Shown one piece after another: positions 9,754 through 19,235 of a stretch of DNA of 64,000 nucleotides (positions are counted from its first letter, which is position 1; every line of letters begins with the position of its first letter). The stretch is from Candidatus Sungiibacteriota bacterium (GTDB taxonomy: Bacteria; Patescibacteriota; Minisyncoccia; Sungbacterales; HO2-52-23): positions 134,151 to 198,150 of the forward strand of contig JACPBG010000004.1 in assembly GCA_016180435.1 (NCBI GenBank). Reading direction: 5' to 3'. A program made the translations under genes and the position numbers. The notes below the pieces were generated by a model. It did not search any database, was not told the origin of the DNA, and was given only the letters and a program-made list of their open reading frames with translations.

Positions 9754-11163
9754 TTATTTTTTTGCTCCAGTATAAATTTCTTTAAATAGAGGGGGTAGTT
9801 TATTCAAATCCAAAATTTTCTCATAATTCAATTTTTTAAGCAGATCCGAATAAGTAATATAGCCAGATTTAGTGTCAAAAGTCTGTCTAAGAAGAAATTG
9901 CGGCGTTTCGGAAACGCGCCATATGGCTGGTGAAAATGTTCCAAAATAGAGCGAATAGGAGCTGCGAGCGGTTAGAAGGTAGAATGGTGACTGCGTATTT
10001 TTAATAGCGGTGGGGTAATAGATTGTAAACCAGCCGAATGCGAGAGTATTTTGGATAAGATATGGCAGTGTGGCTAATTTTTCGTTTTTTACCACCCCAT
10101 TTTTTATCAAAAATTGATTATAAAGATCGGTTAAATAGCGCAGATCGGTACAAAGATAATCATTCGTTTCAAAATGTGGCCAAACTTTGATTCCATGTTG
10201 AAGCCCGAATTTTGCTTCGAGTTGATCAGGCATGACAGAGTAGTCGCGATAGTATTTTTGATTTGTTAGCTTGGCCTTAAGCCAGAAATTTTTATATGTA
10301 AATGGCATTTTTTTAATATAGAAAGGATGTTTTATCGGTAAATTATTTTCCCGGCCAAAACATGGGGTTTCGGCCCAATACGGGCCGAATACTTTATCCT
10401 CGGGTTTAATTCCTAAAATTTCATTGGGGAGTGGTTCAAAAGGTATGTGTTCAGACAGGGATCCGATCCCTGTATTTACAGGGATCGGATCCCTGTTTTC
10501 TGTCAGACACCGGCCATAATATAAACATTGTTTGCGTTGCGCAATTTCTTCCGCTAATTTCAGGGCATTTTTTTGAATTAGCCGGAAATCATTATATACG
10601 ATTTCCGGGGTGGTGCCGGAGCCCAGAAATATGATTTTGGTTTTTGGTACTTTGGGATTTGCCCGGAAGATATTTTCCATGGCCTGAATATGCAGATCAA
10701 TCGCTTTTTTGTATGATGCGGCGGATTTTTCATGCCAATCCAGCAAAATTAAAGCACCTTCGCGCGACGGAGCATCAAGAAATTTCTTGGTAGCCACGTG
10801 AATATAAGGGAGGGTTGCCAAAAATTCATCCGGCCACAGCCGCCATTCTTCGGGAAATACATCGCGGTATTTCGGGTCTCCGTTGGGGCGAAACATACGA
10901 TCCACATAGAGAATCAAATCGTCTTGGTGTTTCATCTCGGCCACGGATTCCTGCAGGAATCCGGCATCCATAGCCGGATCGTAAAAAAGCGGATCGGACG
11001 CGGTAAGTTCGCGGAATTTTTCAAGATTTTCGTCCATGATTATAGCTGGTTTTGGATAAACCAAAGTTATCGCAACCAGCGCCCCGGCCCATATAACAAA
11101 AATCCCCGCAGTCAATTGGAGCGGCGTGGACAATATTTTTTTATGCCAGTGAAATTTTAACAT
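9754..11163 (-). CDS. Hypothetical protein with N-terminal TM anchor; paralog of 11172-12476
   Basis: 469-aa ORF sharing the blocks NL.KF..T..DPLF, K.T.Q.YY.D and SLYF..F...WR....P.FL with its neighbour. Confidence 0.75.
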   Translation of the reverse strand: MLKFHWHKKILSTPLQLTAGIFVIWAGALVAITLVYPKPAIIMDENLEKFRELTASDPLFYDPAMDAGFLQESVAEMKHQDDLILYVDRMFRPNGDPKYRDVFPEEWRLWPDEFLATLPYIHVATKKFLDAPSREGALILLDWHEKSAASYKKAIDLHIQAMENIFRANPKVPKTKIIFLGSGTTPEIVYNDFRLIQKNALKLAEEIAQRKQCLYYGRCLTENRDPIPVNTGIGSLSEHIPFEPLPNEILGIKPEDKVFGPYWAETPCFGRENNLPIKHPFYIKKMPFTYKNFWLKAKLTNQKYYRDYSVMPDQLEAKFGLQHGIKVWPHFETNDYLCTDLRYLTDLYNQFLIKNGVVKNEKLATLPYLIQNTLAFGWFTIYYPTAIKNTQSPFYLLTARSSYSLYFGTFSPAIWRVSETPQFLLRQTFDTKSGYITYSDLLKKLNYEKILDLNKLPPLFKEIYTGAKK

Positions 11164-11171
11164 GTGTTCTG

Positions 11172-12476
11172 TCAGCGGGTTGTAATGTAATCTTTGTGGC
11201 GGAATTCTGCGCCGCGCGCTATTTCTGCAATTTCGCCTCCCGAAAGATTGTCGGCGATTTCAGCAAAATTTTTAAAATGTGAAATCGTATTAATCTTTGT
11301 GCCTAAAAAATTTGGGCTCTGCGGCAATCTCCACACACTGCGGTTGAACGGCAAAAAATATAGAGAGGGGCACCCCCGGGTGATGTAAAGATATGATAAA
11401 GGAGGAAGTTTGCTCTCCTGCGCCATATAGCGCGACATGGTTGTATATTGCCGGATTCCATCCGCGCCTGTTTCAAGAATTAAGTCCAGCATGCTGGATT
11501 TTTGATTCATCACCGAATTTTTAGGTAGGTGCGGCCTTCTCCATGTCAGATCGCATATTGTGGCCAGGTCAGCATAATAGCTAAGATCAAATGACGCGTA
11601 CCAGGCTGTGGGGGGTTGCAGCCAATAATGAATATTTCTGCGCTGAAGCGGTTGGTATGGAGTTTTATCGTAAGATGATGTTTTTTTATTCTCATCAATA
11701 TCAAGGTAATAATATTGGTCTGTTATTTTAAGGTCAAATTTTCCCGTTCTTTCGGAGTTAAGTATATAGGCGAAAAATTGATGAGTTTTGGGAGACACAT
11801 CAAAATTCGGAAGGGTATAAAAAATAGGGCCATATCGTTCTTTGATTGACCTATTTTTTTCCAGTATTTCAAGTATTTTTTTATTTCTTGCGGATGGTTC
11901 CGGGCCCGAAACTATTTGTGGAATAAAATCTTGTGCGGTCTGTAGTGAATCCGATAAATTAAAATTTCCTGCAAGGATATCGTGGCGCCTATCTATATCT
12001 TTTAACAATTCTTTTGAATTTTCTTTGAATTTGTCAAAAATATCCAATATCTCCTGAAAAGTAATGACTCGATGGAAAAATTGAAAGGAAGCGTGTGAGG
12101 AGAGTTTTTCGGCCTTTTGCGCGGTCCGCAGGGCTTCGCCACATCCTTCTAAACCGTTTATATATGCTTTTAGGGTTTTTCCATGTTGGGTTAAAAGTTT
12201 TTGGGCGTTTTCTCTCGTAGAATTTGAGGAAAATTCTTGGCGTATTTGTTCCGCCGCCACGAATTCTTTAAGAAATATAAGCGGATGGAGCGTTTGGTGA
12301 AAGGGATACCAAAATGAAAACCAGCGATAGGATGGCCGCCATACGTCTTCAAGTTTTTTTAACTCTTGTTCAAGTTCGTCAACCGCCCATCTGGCGTTAT
12401 TTACATCCATTCCCTCGGCGGCAAAAAGAGGGTCGTTTAAGGTTATTTCCAAGAATTTTTTGAGGTTATCAGGCAT
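11172..12476 (-). CDS. Hypothetical protein without TM anchor; paralog of 9754-11163
   Basis: 434-aa ORF with the same blocks. Overlaps the methyltransferase stop. Confidence 0.75.
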   Translation of the reverse strand: MPDNLKKFLEITLNDPLFAAEGMDVNNARWAVDELEQELKKLEDVWRPSYRWFSFWYPFHQTLHPLIFLKEFVAAEQIRQEFSSNSTRENAQKLLTQHGKTLKAYINGLEGCGEALRTAQKAEKLSSHASFQFFHRVITFQEILDIFDKFKENSKELLKDIDRRHDILAGNFNLSDSLQTAQDFIPQIVSGPEPSARNKKILEILEKNRSIKERYGPIFYTLPNFDVSPKTHQFFAYILNSERTGKFDLKITDQYYYLDIDENKKTSSYDKTPYQPLQRRNIHYWLQPPTAWYASFDLSYYADLATICDLTWRRPHLPKNSVMNQKSSMLDLILETGADGIRQYTTMSRYMAQESKLPPLSYLYITRGCPSLYFLPFNRSVWRLPQSPNFLGTKINTISHFKNFAEIADNLSGGEIAEIARGAEFRHKDYITTR

Positions 12477-13311
12477 TGGTTTTTTTGATTACCCATGCTT
12501 TCCGCGCCAAAATAATTAAACGGCGGGAATCAAAGCGATACGGCGATCCGTCATAATATCCCCACACCCTTTTGATTTTTAATCCGCTTTCTTCCAGCAT
12601 ACGGCGAAATTCGGGAAGGGAAAATAATCTTATGCGCAATTGAAGATTTTTTTGTTTTCTCCGTTCTTTCCATGAATATGTGATCGTCCAATGCATGGTC
12701 AGCGGGTCTATTTCTTTTTTTATGACAAGCCGCTTTCCGTTTTTGAGCGTTTCGTTTTGAAACATTGAAACGATGTTGTTTTTTCCTGTGGAAGCGCCAT
12801 TTTGGTAAAATTGAAAAAATACTTGTGAAAGATTATTGAGATCAATTAGTAAAAATCCTTTGGGTTTCAGGGCGCGTGAAATCTTCCGAAGCACTAGGAG
12901 ATTATCGCTTTCTTCCGCGAAATATCCGAAAGAAGTATACATATTGATAATAAGATTAAAGCGCTTTTTGAATGATAGGGTGCGCATGTCTTTTTTGCTG
13001 AATTGCACTTTTTGTTTTTGTTTTTTAGACGTTTCGCGCGCAATTTTCAAAAAATATTCGGAAGTGTCAATTCCGGTTACGTTAAATTCGTGTTTGGCAA
13101 GAGCGATGGCGTGCGTGCCGTATCCGCATGCCAAATCCAAAATCTCCGCACTTTTCGTAAGGCCTATTTTTCCCGTCAGTTTAAGTAAAAAAGAAATTTC
13201 GCGTTTTGTTCGCGCCTTACTTACAAAATATGAATCGGCAGTCAGGTAATCCTTATTGAAGGCGGTTTTCCACCATTCTTTTTTCTGTTTTACCCCATTA
13301 GAGAGAAACAT
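12469..13311 (-). CDS. Class I SAM-dependent methyltransferase
   Basis: Motifs ILDLACGYG, VTGID.S, DMR, SFGYF, LKPKG.L.ID. Confidence 0.9.
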   Translation of the reverse strand: MFLSNGVKQKKEWWKTAFNKDYLTADSYFVSKARTKREISFLLKLTGKIGLTKSAEILDLACGYGTHAIALAKHEFNVTGIDTSEYFLKIARETSKKQKQKVQFSKKDMRTLSFKKRFNLIINMYTSFGYFAEESDNLLVLRKISRALKPKGFLLIDLNNLSQVFFQFYQNGASTGKNNIVSMFQNETLKNGKRLVIKKEIDPLTMHWTITYSWKERRKQKNLQLRIRLFSLPEFRRMLEESGLKIKRVWGYYDGSPYRFDSRRLIILARKAWVIKKTNA

Positions 13312-13312
13312 A

Positions 13313-13474
13313 AGACCTTTTGCACAATAAGCTTTCGTGACGAAATTTTAGAATTTTAGGCGAAAATCGTGAAGGACGAGGAGGCCTATATGGCATATAT
13401 AAGTCGACGAGTCCTGAACGATTTGCAGCCAAAATTATGAAATTGCAGTAGAAATGTTATTGTGCAAGAGGTCT
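13313..13474. mobile_element. MITE-like rod-shaped element, family R1 copy 1
   Basis: Terminal IR AGACCTTTTGCACAATAA / TTATTGTGCAAGAGGTCT with ATA on both flanks. Homologous to 43006-43165. Confidence 0.7.
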
Positions 13475-13548
13475 ATAGATTGTTTTTGCCGTATAAGAAT
13501 ACTTGTGATATCGGCCATGGGCAATTCGATGTGTATAAATTAAGCGGA

Positions 13549-14388
13549 TTAAATTTTAAGCGACGCCTTTGGGCATAAACAGCGCGGAGAAATTTTTTCA
13601 AAATAAATATGGCTGCGGTAGCGGAGCATGGGGCAGGCCTTAAGGCGGGTGGTGGTAATTATTGAAAGCGCCGATGGCTCAATATACACATCATCCGCCG
13701 GATGGAAGATAAGATCCTTTTGGACGATTGATTCCGGGCAGGCATGCGCAATGCTTCCGATCTCCGGAATGCTCAACGTAAAATTAAGTTTTATTTTCTC
13801 CGGCCACTCCAAGTCCTCTTGGGAAAACGTATCATCAATCACGGTAACGCTTTTTAACGCAGGCAGGATTTCCAACAGTTTTTCACGAAAGGCGCGGATC
13901 GCGGCGCGGTCCATGAAAATCGTGTCAACCTCGTATTGGCGGGCCGTGGCGTAAATCACCGCCGGGTTGTGAAATTCGCCGATCAAAGGCAGGACATTTT
14001 GCTCGTAGAAATAAAGACAGCGTTCAATTGCCTCATAAACATTTTCAAAAATTACCATGGGGCGCGTCCCGTCATACGGTAGTTGTTCTTGCCGGATTTC
14101 CTCCAAGGTCCGGTGGATTAAAAAGTATTGGTCCGCTTCGTTGGAAAAGATTAGTTTATTTAAGCCCGGTTTCTCGCCGTAGCATCTTGAGTCGTACGGA
14201 GCATATGCAAGTTCTTGTTTGGTAAGTATGGGGAAGGAGTTCCAATTGGATTCGTTTAAAGTATCAAGCCGTGTTACGTCAATTCCGGCAGACGCGTATT
14301 TTTTACGGTAAAAATCCGGTTTCGCGGCCAAAACCAACCCGATAAGTTCTTTGATTTTTTGTAAAAATTCCGCGTCCATTGCCGCCAT
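13549..14388 (-). CDS. Short, degenerate PaaK-like protein 3
   Basis: Keeps FYRKKY, FPILTKQEL, E.G.I...C, PMLRYRS and C.C, but lacks the TSGTTG loop. Confidence 0.65.
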   Translation of the reverse strand: MAAMDAEFLQKIKELIGLVLAAKPDFYRKKYASAGIDVTRLDTLNESNWNSFPILTKQELAYAPYDSRCYGEKPGLNKLIFSNEADQYFLIHRTLEEIRQEQLPYDGTRPMVIFENVYEAIERCLYFYEQNVLPLIGEFHNPAVIYATARQYEVDTIFMDRAAIRAFREKLLEILPALKSVTVIDDTFSQEDLEWPEKIKLNFTLSIPEIGSIAHACPESIVQKDLIFHPADDVYIEPSALSIITTTRLKACPMLRYRSHIYFEKISPRCLCPKASLKI

Positions 14389-14493
14389 GATAACTTAAAT
14401 TTAGTTTTCGTTCTACACTTGATTTTTTTTAGAAAGTATGTATAATATTATATACAGTGAAGTTGCTTGAAATCTAAAAATTCGGGGGTGTTT

Positions 14494-15468
14494 ATGGGTC
14501 TGGACGAACAGGATAATCAGAAGCCCGGGGTTGCGATTCTGTTGGATGTGGAAAATCTGCTGTTTACGGCCTTAAAGCGGGATGAAGCGGCACAAAAAAT
14601 GCCGATTCGGGATATACTGCAGGCCATGACCTGGATTTTGGAGGGTCGAGCGCGTAGACACGGATGGGTTGAGGATCGGATTGCCGCGATTTCTCTTCTA
14701 CCCCGGACAAGAATGAAAGAGTCGTTAAAATACCGGCTTCAAAAAAGAAAAGAGACGATGCTCATGGCTGAACTTTTGGTTGACCTTAGTTATCGGGTTG
14801 TATTGGTTTCTCACGGTAAAGATGCCGCGGATGACGGATTATTGCTTTTGGCGCGAGGAGTTAGGAATTTCAAAAACATTCGCACTCTGGTGCTTGCCAC
14901 CGGGGATGCAGGTCCTGCGTTTGCCAAGATTATAGACATGTTTGTTTCCGGACAACCCAAACGTGTCGAGGTGGTTGCATACGATTGCGCCTCGAAATTT
15001 AAGTCCTGGCGCGGAGTTTCTTTTTCGCGCATTGACCAAGGCATTCTCATGGCGGAAGATGCCAGGCAAAACGGAAAGATTCTGGGCCGGGTTAATATTC
15101 CTCCGCCTTCACCCACCGACCTTATCCGGCAAAGCGTCAGTAAATTCGCCAAAAATCCTCAAGATGGAAGCATTGATCCGCGCCATAATTCCTGGATACG
15201 CGATACTATTGCGATTTGGCGCAAGACATTCGGAGCAAATGGCATACATCCGATTAACTTTGTGAAAATCCGCGAAGCGGTTGAGGATAAATTCTCCTTC
15301 GCGTGTTCCGGTAATGGCAATGCGGATGAGTCAGTCCCAGATAATCTGATTCCGACCGGCGAGGAGATTGACGCGCTCGCCAAATACCTTTCCGACTTTA
15401 CTGATATTTTCGAGCGCCGGCCCATGCTCTTTTTCAACCCGCAAAGCCAATATAATTCAATCACATAA
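14494..15468 (+). CDS. NYN (LabA/DUF88 PIN-like) domain protein
   Basis: Motifs VAILLDVENL, K.AADD, LVLATGD, RVEVVA. Preceded by TTGATT..TATAAT. Confidence 0.7.
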   Translation: MGLDEQDNQKPGVAILLDVENLLFTALKRDEAAQKMPIRDILQAMTWILEGRARRHGWVEDRIAAISLLPRTRMKESLKYRLQKRKETMLMAELLVDLSYRVVLVSHGKDAADDGLLLLARGVRNFKNIRTLVLATGDAGPAFAKIIDMFVSGQPKRVEVVAYDCASKFKSWRGVSFSRIDQGILMAEDARQNGKILGRVNIPPPSPTDLIRQSVSKFAKNPQDGSIDPRHNSWIRDTIAIWRKTFGANGIHPINFVKIREAVEDKFSFACSGNGNADESVPDNLIPTGEEIDALAKYLSDFTDIFERRPMLFFNPQSQYNSIT

Positions 15469-15587
15469 GGCCCTTTTCACAGGGCTTGATTTTTTATTGG
15501 GAATGGTGTATAATTAGTATATTGTTCCCGAAAAACTGAATAAATAAACCAATAACCCAATAACCCAAAAATCCAGAAGGAGGATTT

Positions 15588-16319
15588 ATGAATATTGCGT
15601 GCATAGCGCGGGATGAAAGCGGTGGCCGGTGCCGCGACGATAAAGTGAAAAATCGTCGTTGTGCTCGGCATGAGGGCGTTGACGAGGCACCCAAGCCGAA
15701 CGATGTGCTGATTAAGTTTCAGTTGAACACGGCGCTTTTTCAAAAGGCCGGGCGGCTGGGGATTCGGATGGTTGATCGGACGGATCGCCGGCAAGCGGAG
15801 ATTGACGAATCACATCGTGCGGAGTCCGATTCTCTGGGTCGTGATCACTTTGTGTATCGCGACCGCCGCGGCGATTCCGGCACCTCGGTTTTTAACGGCA
15901 AGAAAGGCCTTGAGCGCGTAACCAGCGCCGGGCTCTTCAAAGAGCTGGAGACAGCTGGATTCCTTTTACAGGACATCCATTGTTTCCAGCGTCCCTGGGA
16001 AGATAAACCTCGAGGAACAGGATTCCTGGTAGTGGGCTTCAAGAAGAGCAAGGAGGAGATCCTTGCGCTTCCGCCAGAGAAAGAGGCGGAGATCGTGTCA
16101 TTTGTCGCCGAATGTCTCTCAAAGACATGGCGGCGTCTCACGGTTTTTGAAAACCCGGCCAAGCCCGACGGCCTGGTGCGGCATACTGTTAACCACCTGG
16201 ACATGCCGTTACCGGAGCATGTTCATCCCGATTACCGTCTCGCACTGGGAGACGGCCATTGGGAGGCCAGGGATATAGGGACTGCCGTAAGGTCGTCGCG
16301 GGTGATCATAGTCCCATGA
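15588..16319 (+). CDS. Hypothetical protein
   Basis: 243-aa ORF with AGGAGG RBS, TTGATT-17-TATAAT at 15486-15514, and a hairpin near 16341-16362. Confidence 0.7.
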   Translation: MNIACIARDESGGRCRDDKVKNRRCARHEGVDEAPKPNDVLIKFQLNTALFQKAGRLGIRMVDRTDRRQAEIDESHRAESDSLGRDHFVYRDRRGDSGTSVFNGKKGLERVTSAGLFKELETAGFLLQDIHCFQRPWEDKPRGTGFLVVGFKKSKEEILALPPEKEAEIVSFVAECLSKTWRRLTVFENPAKPDGLVRHTVNHLDMPLPEHVHPDYRLALGDGHWEARDIGTAVRSSRVIIVP

Positions 16320-16404
16320 TCTTCCCGCAAAAACAGTCCGAGGCCGGAATTTATTCCGGTCTCGAACCATATATAAGCCATTTTTTACTATAGAGGCTAA
16401 GCCT

Positions 16405-17838
16405 CTATAGTGAATTTTGTTCTTTTCTCATTTCAAATAATTCCCTGAATCGCCCCTCTTTGAGGGGTTTTATAGTGCCGGTGCCAAGTATTTCTTTGGC
16501 GTCAATTTCATCCAAATTTATGCCTTCGGGTATGGGCTGGCCGGAGGACAGCATAAAAAGATGGGAAAGGAAAGTGGTAGCATAAGACGCTTTTTCCAGA
16601 AAAAAATCAATAAGAAATCCGCCCGGAACGATGCGCACGCCGTATAATTTGAATTTTTTCAGAACCTCTATATTTTTTTCCGGACGCTGAATATAAGGAA
16701 AATTTTTAAGCGCCTGAAAAGGCGGCGAAATTCCGTGATTTTTAAAATATGCGCCGTATATCTCTTCGGCCCAGGCCTTTTTACCCAAAGCCACCGGAAG
16801 TTCAAACGCTACGTCTTCCCCGGATTGTATAAGGCCGGACAATTTTTTATTAAAAAGATAGCTCCCATAGGCATACACCCAAAGTCGAATTTGTTCCGGA
16901 ATCTGGTTAAGAGCTCCAATGAAGTCCTTAGGATGATTTTCCAAAAAATACAGCATTTTGCGCTCGCTGCGCAAGGCGTAGGCAAGCGGCTCGGTTTTTT
17001 TAAGCAGCGCGCCCCAATCCCCCCAAAAAGGCGCGAGGGATTTACGAAATTCCTGGAAATATTTGATTTCGCGGCCCCCGGCATAAAGCAGGGAAGATTT
17101 TACCGTATCTTCAAATCGGCCCTGCAAAAGCAAAAGGCCTAATTTGTGCGAAATCAGGCGCGGTACGCCAAAGCGCTGAATATAGAAAAAATTCCAGAAG
17201 CCGTTTTCTTCAAGTTCGGCTAATTTGGTTAAAAGTTCTTGTTCGGAAATTGGCTCGCGGGTGCGGATGAATATGGTGAAGCGATTGCCCGCTAAGTCCC
17301 CAATTTGCAGAGCGCCTTTGCCGGTATAAATATTTTTTAGGAAAAAGTTGGATGCCGAGATATCGCGAAGTTTTTCCGGCTGAATTCCGCGAAAACTTAA
17401 AAGTTGGGCGGTTAGGGCGTGTTTGTCTTTGATCCCGGCAAACCCTATAAATTTTTTATCCAAAGATAACTTTTGGGAAATTTCGTTAACAATCTCAATG
17501 GTGTCCAATCCCATTTTTACCGCCTCGGCCCAGGTCGTGCGGATGTTTTCATTTAGTTCAGGTATTTTTTCGTTTTCCAGAAGCGGCGCATCTTCAACCG
17601 TGTGCAAAGTGCCGTCAGACGCTATTTCCTCTACGATAAAATCATCCGGATTTAATTTAATGTATCCCAGAGGCCGTGTTCCGAAAATATCCGGGGCAAT
17701 GCCGATTTGCTCAAGCAAGGAATCATCATCAATAAGCGGCGTGCGTAAAAAAAGTTCGGGATGTTTTTCTTTTTCCCGGGCTAAAAATTCCTGCTCCTTC
17801 TGCCATTCGCCGAAGGAAGATTTTTCGTTTTCCGGCAT
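16405..17838 (-). CDS. truD: tRNA pseudouridine(13) synthase TruD
   Basis: Motifs PDDFIVEEI, FAGIKDKHALTAQ, GDLAGNRFTI, NFFYIQRFG, SYLFN, SYAT. Confidence 0.92.
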   Translation of the reverse strand: MPENEKSSFGEWQKEQEFLAREKEKHPELFLRTPLIDDDSLLEQIGIAPDIFGTRPLGYIKLNPDDFIVEEIASDGTLHTVEDAPLLENEKIPELNENIRTTWAEAVKMGLDTIEIVNEISQKLSLDKKFIGFAGIKDKHALTAQLLSFRGIQPEKLRDISASNFFLKNIYTGKGALQIGDLAGNRFTIFIRTREPISEQELLTKLAELEENGFWNFFYIQRFGVPRLISHKLGLLLLQGRFEDTVKSSLLYAGGREIKYFQEFRKSLAPFWGDWGALLKKTEPLAYALRSERKMLYFLENHPKDFIGALNQIPEQIRLWVYAYGSYLFNKKLSGLIQSGEDVAFELPVALGKKAWAEEIYGAYFKNHGISPPFQALKNFPYIQRPEKNIEVLKKFKLYGVRIVPGGFLIDFFLEKASYATTFLSHLFMLSSGQPIPEGINLDEIDAKEILGTGTIKPLKEGRFRELFEMRKEQNSL

Positions 17839-17866
17839 TTTTAAATTATACCACAAAATTTAAGTA

Positions 17867-17895
17867 TTGACAAGTCAACCTGATTTTGCTACAAT
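17867..17895 (+). promoter_or_regulatory. sigma70 promoter with extended -10
   Basis: TTGACA, 17-nt spacer, TACAAT preceded by TGC. Confidence 0.6.
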
Positions 17896-17917
17896 GTCGG
17901 CAAAGGAGATCCTTAAA

Positions 17918-19120
17918 ATGGCTAAAGTACGAGTTGCCAAGAATTCCTGCGGTTCCATCATTCTTAGATTGACGCGCGGAGAAGAAAGCATGGCGCTGGT
18001 TTTCAATACCTTTAATGTTGAGTTTATGTATGTGCCGGTTAGCCAATTGCACCGCGCTGAATACAAAGACCGGGTTATTGAGATTATCGGGGACCAAGCC
18101 ATAGTTTCTTTTGATCAGAGAACGGCCCTCGGTATGCCGTTTGGCAAGCATGAGGATATAGACGGTGATCCGGAAAATCCCGGCACCTGGGCTGATACCG
18201 CGAAACGCGAAACCAAGGAAGAAACCGGCTCACCCATTGAAGATCGGATCTATCCAGACATATTTTATAAAGAACGTCCGAACCAATGGAGTGAGTATTT
18301 CACGGTTGCGTTTCTGGCTAATGGCGTGGGATTTCATTACCAAAAAGACAAAATTTGCGATCCTTTTATCCAGAAAGATTTATCCAAGTTTTATCGGCTG
18401 GATCAACTTCCGATTGGCGAACGGGTTTACGAAAAAAAAGAGGGATGGAAAAAAGACGAAGATGCGGATCGGAAAACCGGCCGAGAAAAACATCGGAGCG
18501 TTATCCGGGATGTGGGAACATATTACGCACATATCCGGCGTCTTTTCGCAATTCTTCTTCAGCTTCGCCAGCCGATCTTGACCGAGCTCGGAAGGCCGGA
18601 TTGCGAGAATGCGGATGATCTGGTTCAGATGGTTTTACGCCGGATTCACTATCGCAATCTTTTTTCGCAACGGATGATAAGAATGTTGATCAGTTTTAAC
18701 CGCCTGGATATTCTTGCTTCCCGCTTGCAAAATGACCAAGGCGGCATCAAGAGTCCGGATGTTGCCCGCCGCATTGTTGAAAATTTTGTATTATATGGAG
18801 AGGGCGATGTTCTGGAAAACTCCTTATTTGCCGTACGTTCTCGTTTGCGGGAAAATGCCTTAGGAGACAGGGCATTCTCCTGGATGGATTTTCAAAAAGG
18901 CGGAGAGCTTGTGCGCGGAAATTTTGATCAGTTTGTCGAGTCCCGCAAATTACGCAAGGAAAAAAAATATTTGCGGGTGGCGGATGAGAAAGCAGAGATG
19001 GATTATCCGGAGGAAACATTGTCTCCGGCTCCGGAGTCAGGTGAGTATGTTGAGGAGGATAACCGGCCGGACGACGAGAAGCTTTGGTTGCGCGCAACGC
19101 AAAACGTCGCCAAACTTTAG
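17918..19120 (+). CDS. Nudix-domain protein with a long C-terminal extension
   Basis: Nudix-box-like MPFGKHE...TAKRETKEETG; AAGGAG RBS. Confidence 0.7.
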   Translation: MAKVRVAKNSCGSIILRLTRGEESMALVFNTFNVEFMYVPVSQLHRAEYKDRVIEIIGDQAIVSFDQRTALGMPFGKHEDIDGDPENPGTWADTAKRETKEETGSPIEDRIYPDIFYKERPNQWSEYFTVAFLANGVGFHYQKDKICDPFIQKDLSKFYRLDQLPIGERVYEKKEGWKKDEDADRKTGREKHRSVIRDVGTYYAHIRRLFAILLQLRQPILTELGRPDCENADDLVQMVLRRIHYRNLFSQRMIRMLISFNRLDILASRLQNDQGGIKSPDVARRIVENFVLYGEGDVLENSLFAVRSRLRENALGDRAFSWMDFQKGGELVRGNFDQFVESRKLRKEKKYLRVADEKAEMDYPEETLSPAPESGEYVEEDNRPDDEKLWLRATQNVAKL

Positions 19121-19134
19121 ATCAAAGTAATTTT

Positions 19135-19174
19135 AAAAGGGTGAAACCACCAACGGTGGAATCACCCTTTTTTT
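19135..19174. terminator. Bidirectional intrinsic terminator
   Basis: Hairpin AAAAGGGTGA..CCACC aac GGTGG..TCACCCTTTTTTT between convergent genes. Confidence 0.7.
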
Positions 19175-19235
19175 ATTTTACTATTTCTGTAGGAAACCGA
19201 GTTTCTTATCGTTGGAAACTCGGTTTCTCCTGCAG

